A stretch of 64,000 bases of DNA from positions 1,037,191 to 1,101,190 of the forward strand of contig CAXWPJ010000002.1 of the NCBI GenBank assembly GCA_963664115.2, written 5' to 3'. The notes under the pieces were generated by a model, which did no database searches, was not told the DNA's origin, and worked only from the letters and a program-made list of their open reading frames with translations. The number at the start of each line of letters is the position of its first letter. The first letter of the stretch is position 1. This document shows positions 61,632-64,000 of the stretch, in pieces. The stretch comes from Terriglobia bacterium. GTDB lineage: Bacteria; Acidobacteriota; Terriglobia; 20CM-2-55-15. The position numbers and the translations under genes are program-made.

Positions 61632-62555
61632 TCAGGCGGCGTCAATGATCTTTTCAAACATCTTCCGGAACAGGCTGTCACCGCCCGGGTCGCCCGTCTT
61701 CCCGAACGCCGTATAGATGGCAACCTTGGATCCGGGTCGCGAGGCGGTTGTTTCCGGAGTGTGGTGTGATACGGGTTGAGAGTATGAATTCGGTGGCCGT
61801 CCCCAGGCCACTCTCGTGACGCTGGGTTTGATTTTCTCCCGAAGAGGCGGAGTCGTGACGGCCGCAAGGCGTCGCCCGACAGCCTGGATGGCCTGTTCAT
61901 AGCAATAGCGGACATCCCGAAAAGCGGCTTCGACGCGATCCTTAAGAACGCGATCGTGGGATGAGTACCAACGGTCTGGATGAAATTGCCGGACCCGCTT
62001 CCGGAAGGCCTTCTTTACTTCTTCAGATGACGCGCTCCGGGCAATGGTCAGAACCTGCCAGTAGTCGTTGCGTGCGGTGGCGGACCGAATCTCTTCGATT
62101 TCCTCATCCATGGACTTTGCGACCGGAGGTCCCAGCGTCAGTGCGCCGGAAACAGCAAGATGGAGCATGCTTCTCGAGCGCTCCCCGCCTTTTTCCAGGA
62201 GGGTTGAAACTTGCGTGTCATGGATTTCCGGGTCTTCGGGAAATAATACGGTCCAGTTTTTATAAGGTTCCCAAACCCTCTGGAGCGTTCGATCGTTCAT
62301 TGATTCCATCGCTTCGACGAGAAGCGCCGCGCCACTTTGTAGCGTGTTCGGAGGCGGTATGTCCATCCGGCGGAACGAGAACGCCAATGGCGCCTCTTCA
62401 AAGCAGGGAAGTACCACGTCTCGTGCGGAAACAATCGTTCCATTGGAGAAATCCACAGATCGGAGACACTGTGAATACCTGATTTCCAGTCGACCGGTGG
62501 AATGACTGATGATGTGGTGTCGGATTTCCCGAGCCAAATCAAGAACCGTGGTCAT
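61632..62555 (-). CDS. J-domain protein (central J domain, uncharacterised N-terminal domain)
   Basis: DYWQVL...EEVKKAFRKRVRQFHPDRW; likely ATG start at 62555. Confidence 0.78.
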   Translation of the reverse strand: MTTVLDLAREIRHHIISHSTGRLEIRYSQCLRSVDFSNGTIVSARDVVLPCFEEAPLAFSFRRMDIPPPNTLQSGAALLVEAMESMNDRTLQRVWEPYKNWTVLFPEDPEIHDTQVSTLLEKGGERSRSMLHLAVSGALTLGPPVAKSMDEEIEEIRSATARNDYWQVLTIARSASSEEVKKAFRKRVRQFHPDRWYSSHDRVLKDRVEAAFRDVRYCYEQAIQAVGRRLAAVTTPPLREKIKPSVTRVAWGRPPNSYSQPVSHHTPETTASRPGSKVAIYTAFGKTGDPGGDSLFRKMFEKIIDAA

Positions 62556-62685
62556 ACCCTTTCTTATCGGCGTGGGAACGAATTCCAACAGGGAAATCTG
62601 GCCTTGGAAAATCCCCGGATCCACAATGGATCCAGTACGATCCGCCTCCAGGAGAGACCCCGCGTGACCCCAAGTTGAGGTATAA

Positions 62686-64000
<1,315 letters not shown>

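Overview
About 64 kb of GC-rich bacterial chromosome, mostly housekeeping. Gene content and order suggest Acidobacteriota (inference from the TPR/cohesin secretin with paired pseudopilins, DUF6152-like gene, kinase remnant and dnaK-dnaJ-hspR). In order: alaS (partial)-recX-ilvE; lptE-holA; rpsT; phoH-ybeY-CNNM-era; a secretin and two pseudopilins; a sugar-phosphotransferase; smpB followed by a 40-bp direct repeat, a degenerate Fic gene and ThiF/MoeB; DASS and CstA transporters; pdaD-speB; mdh; two secreted beta-propeller genes; surA/ppiD; mreBCD-mrdA-rodA; RNase E/G with a long structured leader; lipA-nfu; recR-ybaB-dnaX-ffs-tRNA-Ser. A decayed island follows upstream of tRNA-Ser (integrase and kinase remnants, hspQ, a nonsense-split Tat protein, tricorn). 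Then a heat-shock cluster: dnaK-dnaJ-hspR-sigma factor, an IS1380 inserted at the sigma stop codon, a DnaC-like ATPase, an M28 peptidase, CIRCE-groESL, a J-domain protein and ligA (partial). I saw no CRISPR array, prophage or clear defence system. The best candidates for something undescribed are (i) an alternative sigma factor translationally coupled to hspR in the dnaK operon, (ii) the smpB-repeat/pseudo-Fic/ThiF unit and (iii) the secretin module with a stand-alone secretin-N-like protein. All three are inferences, not demonstrated systems.
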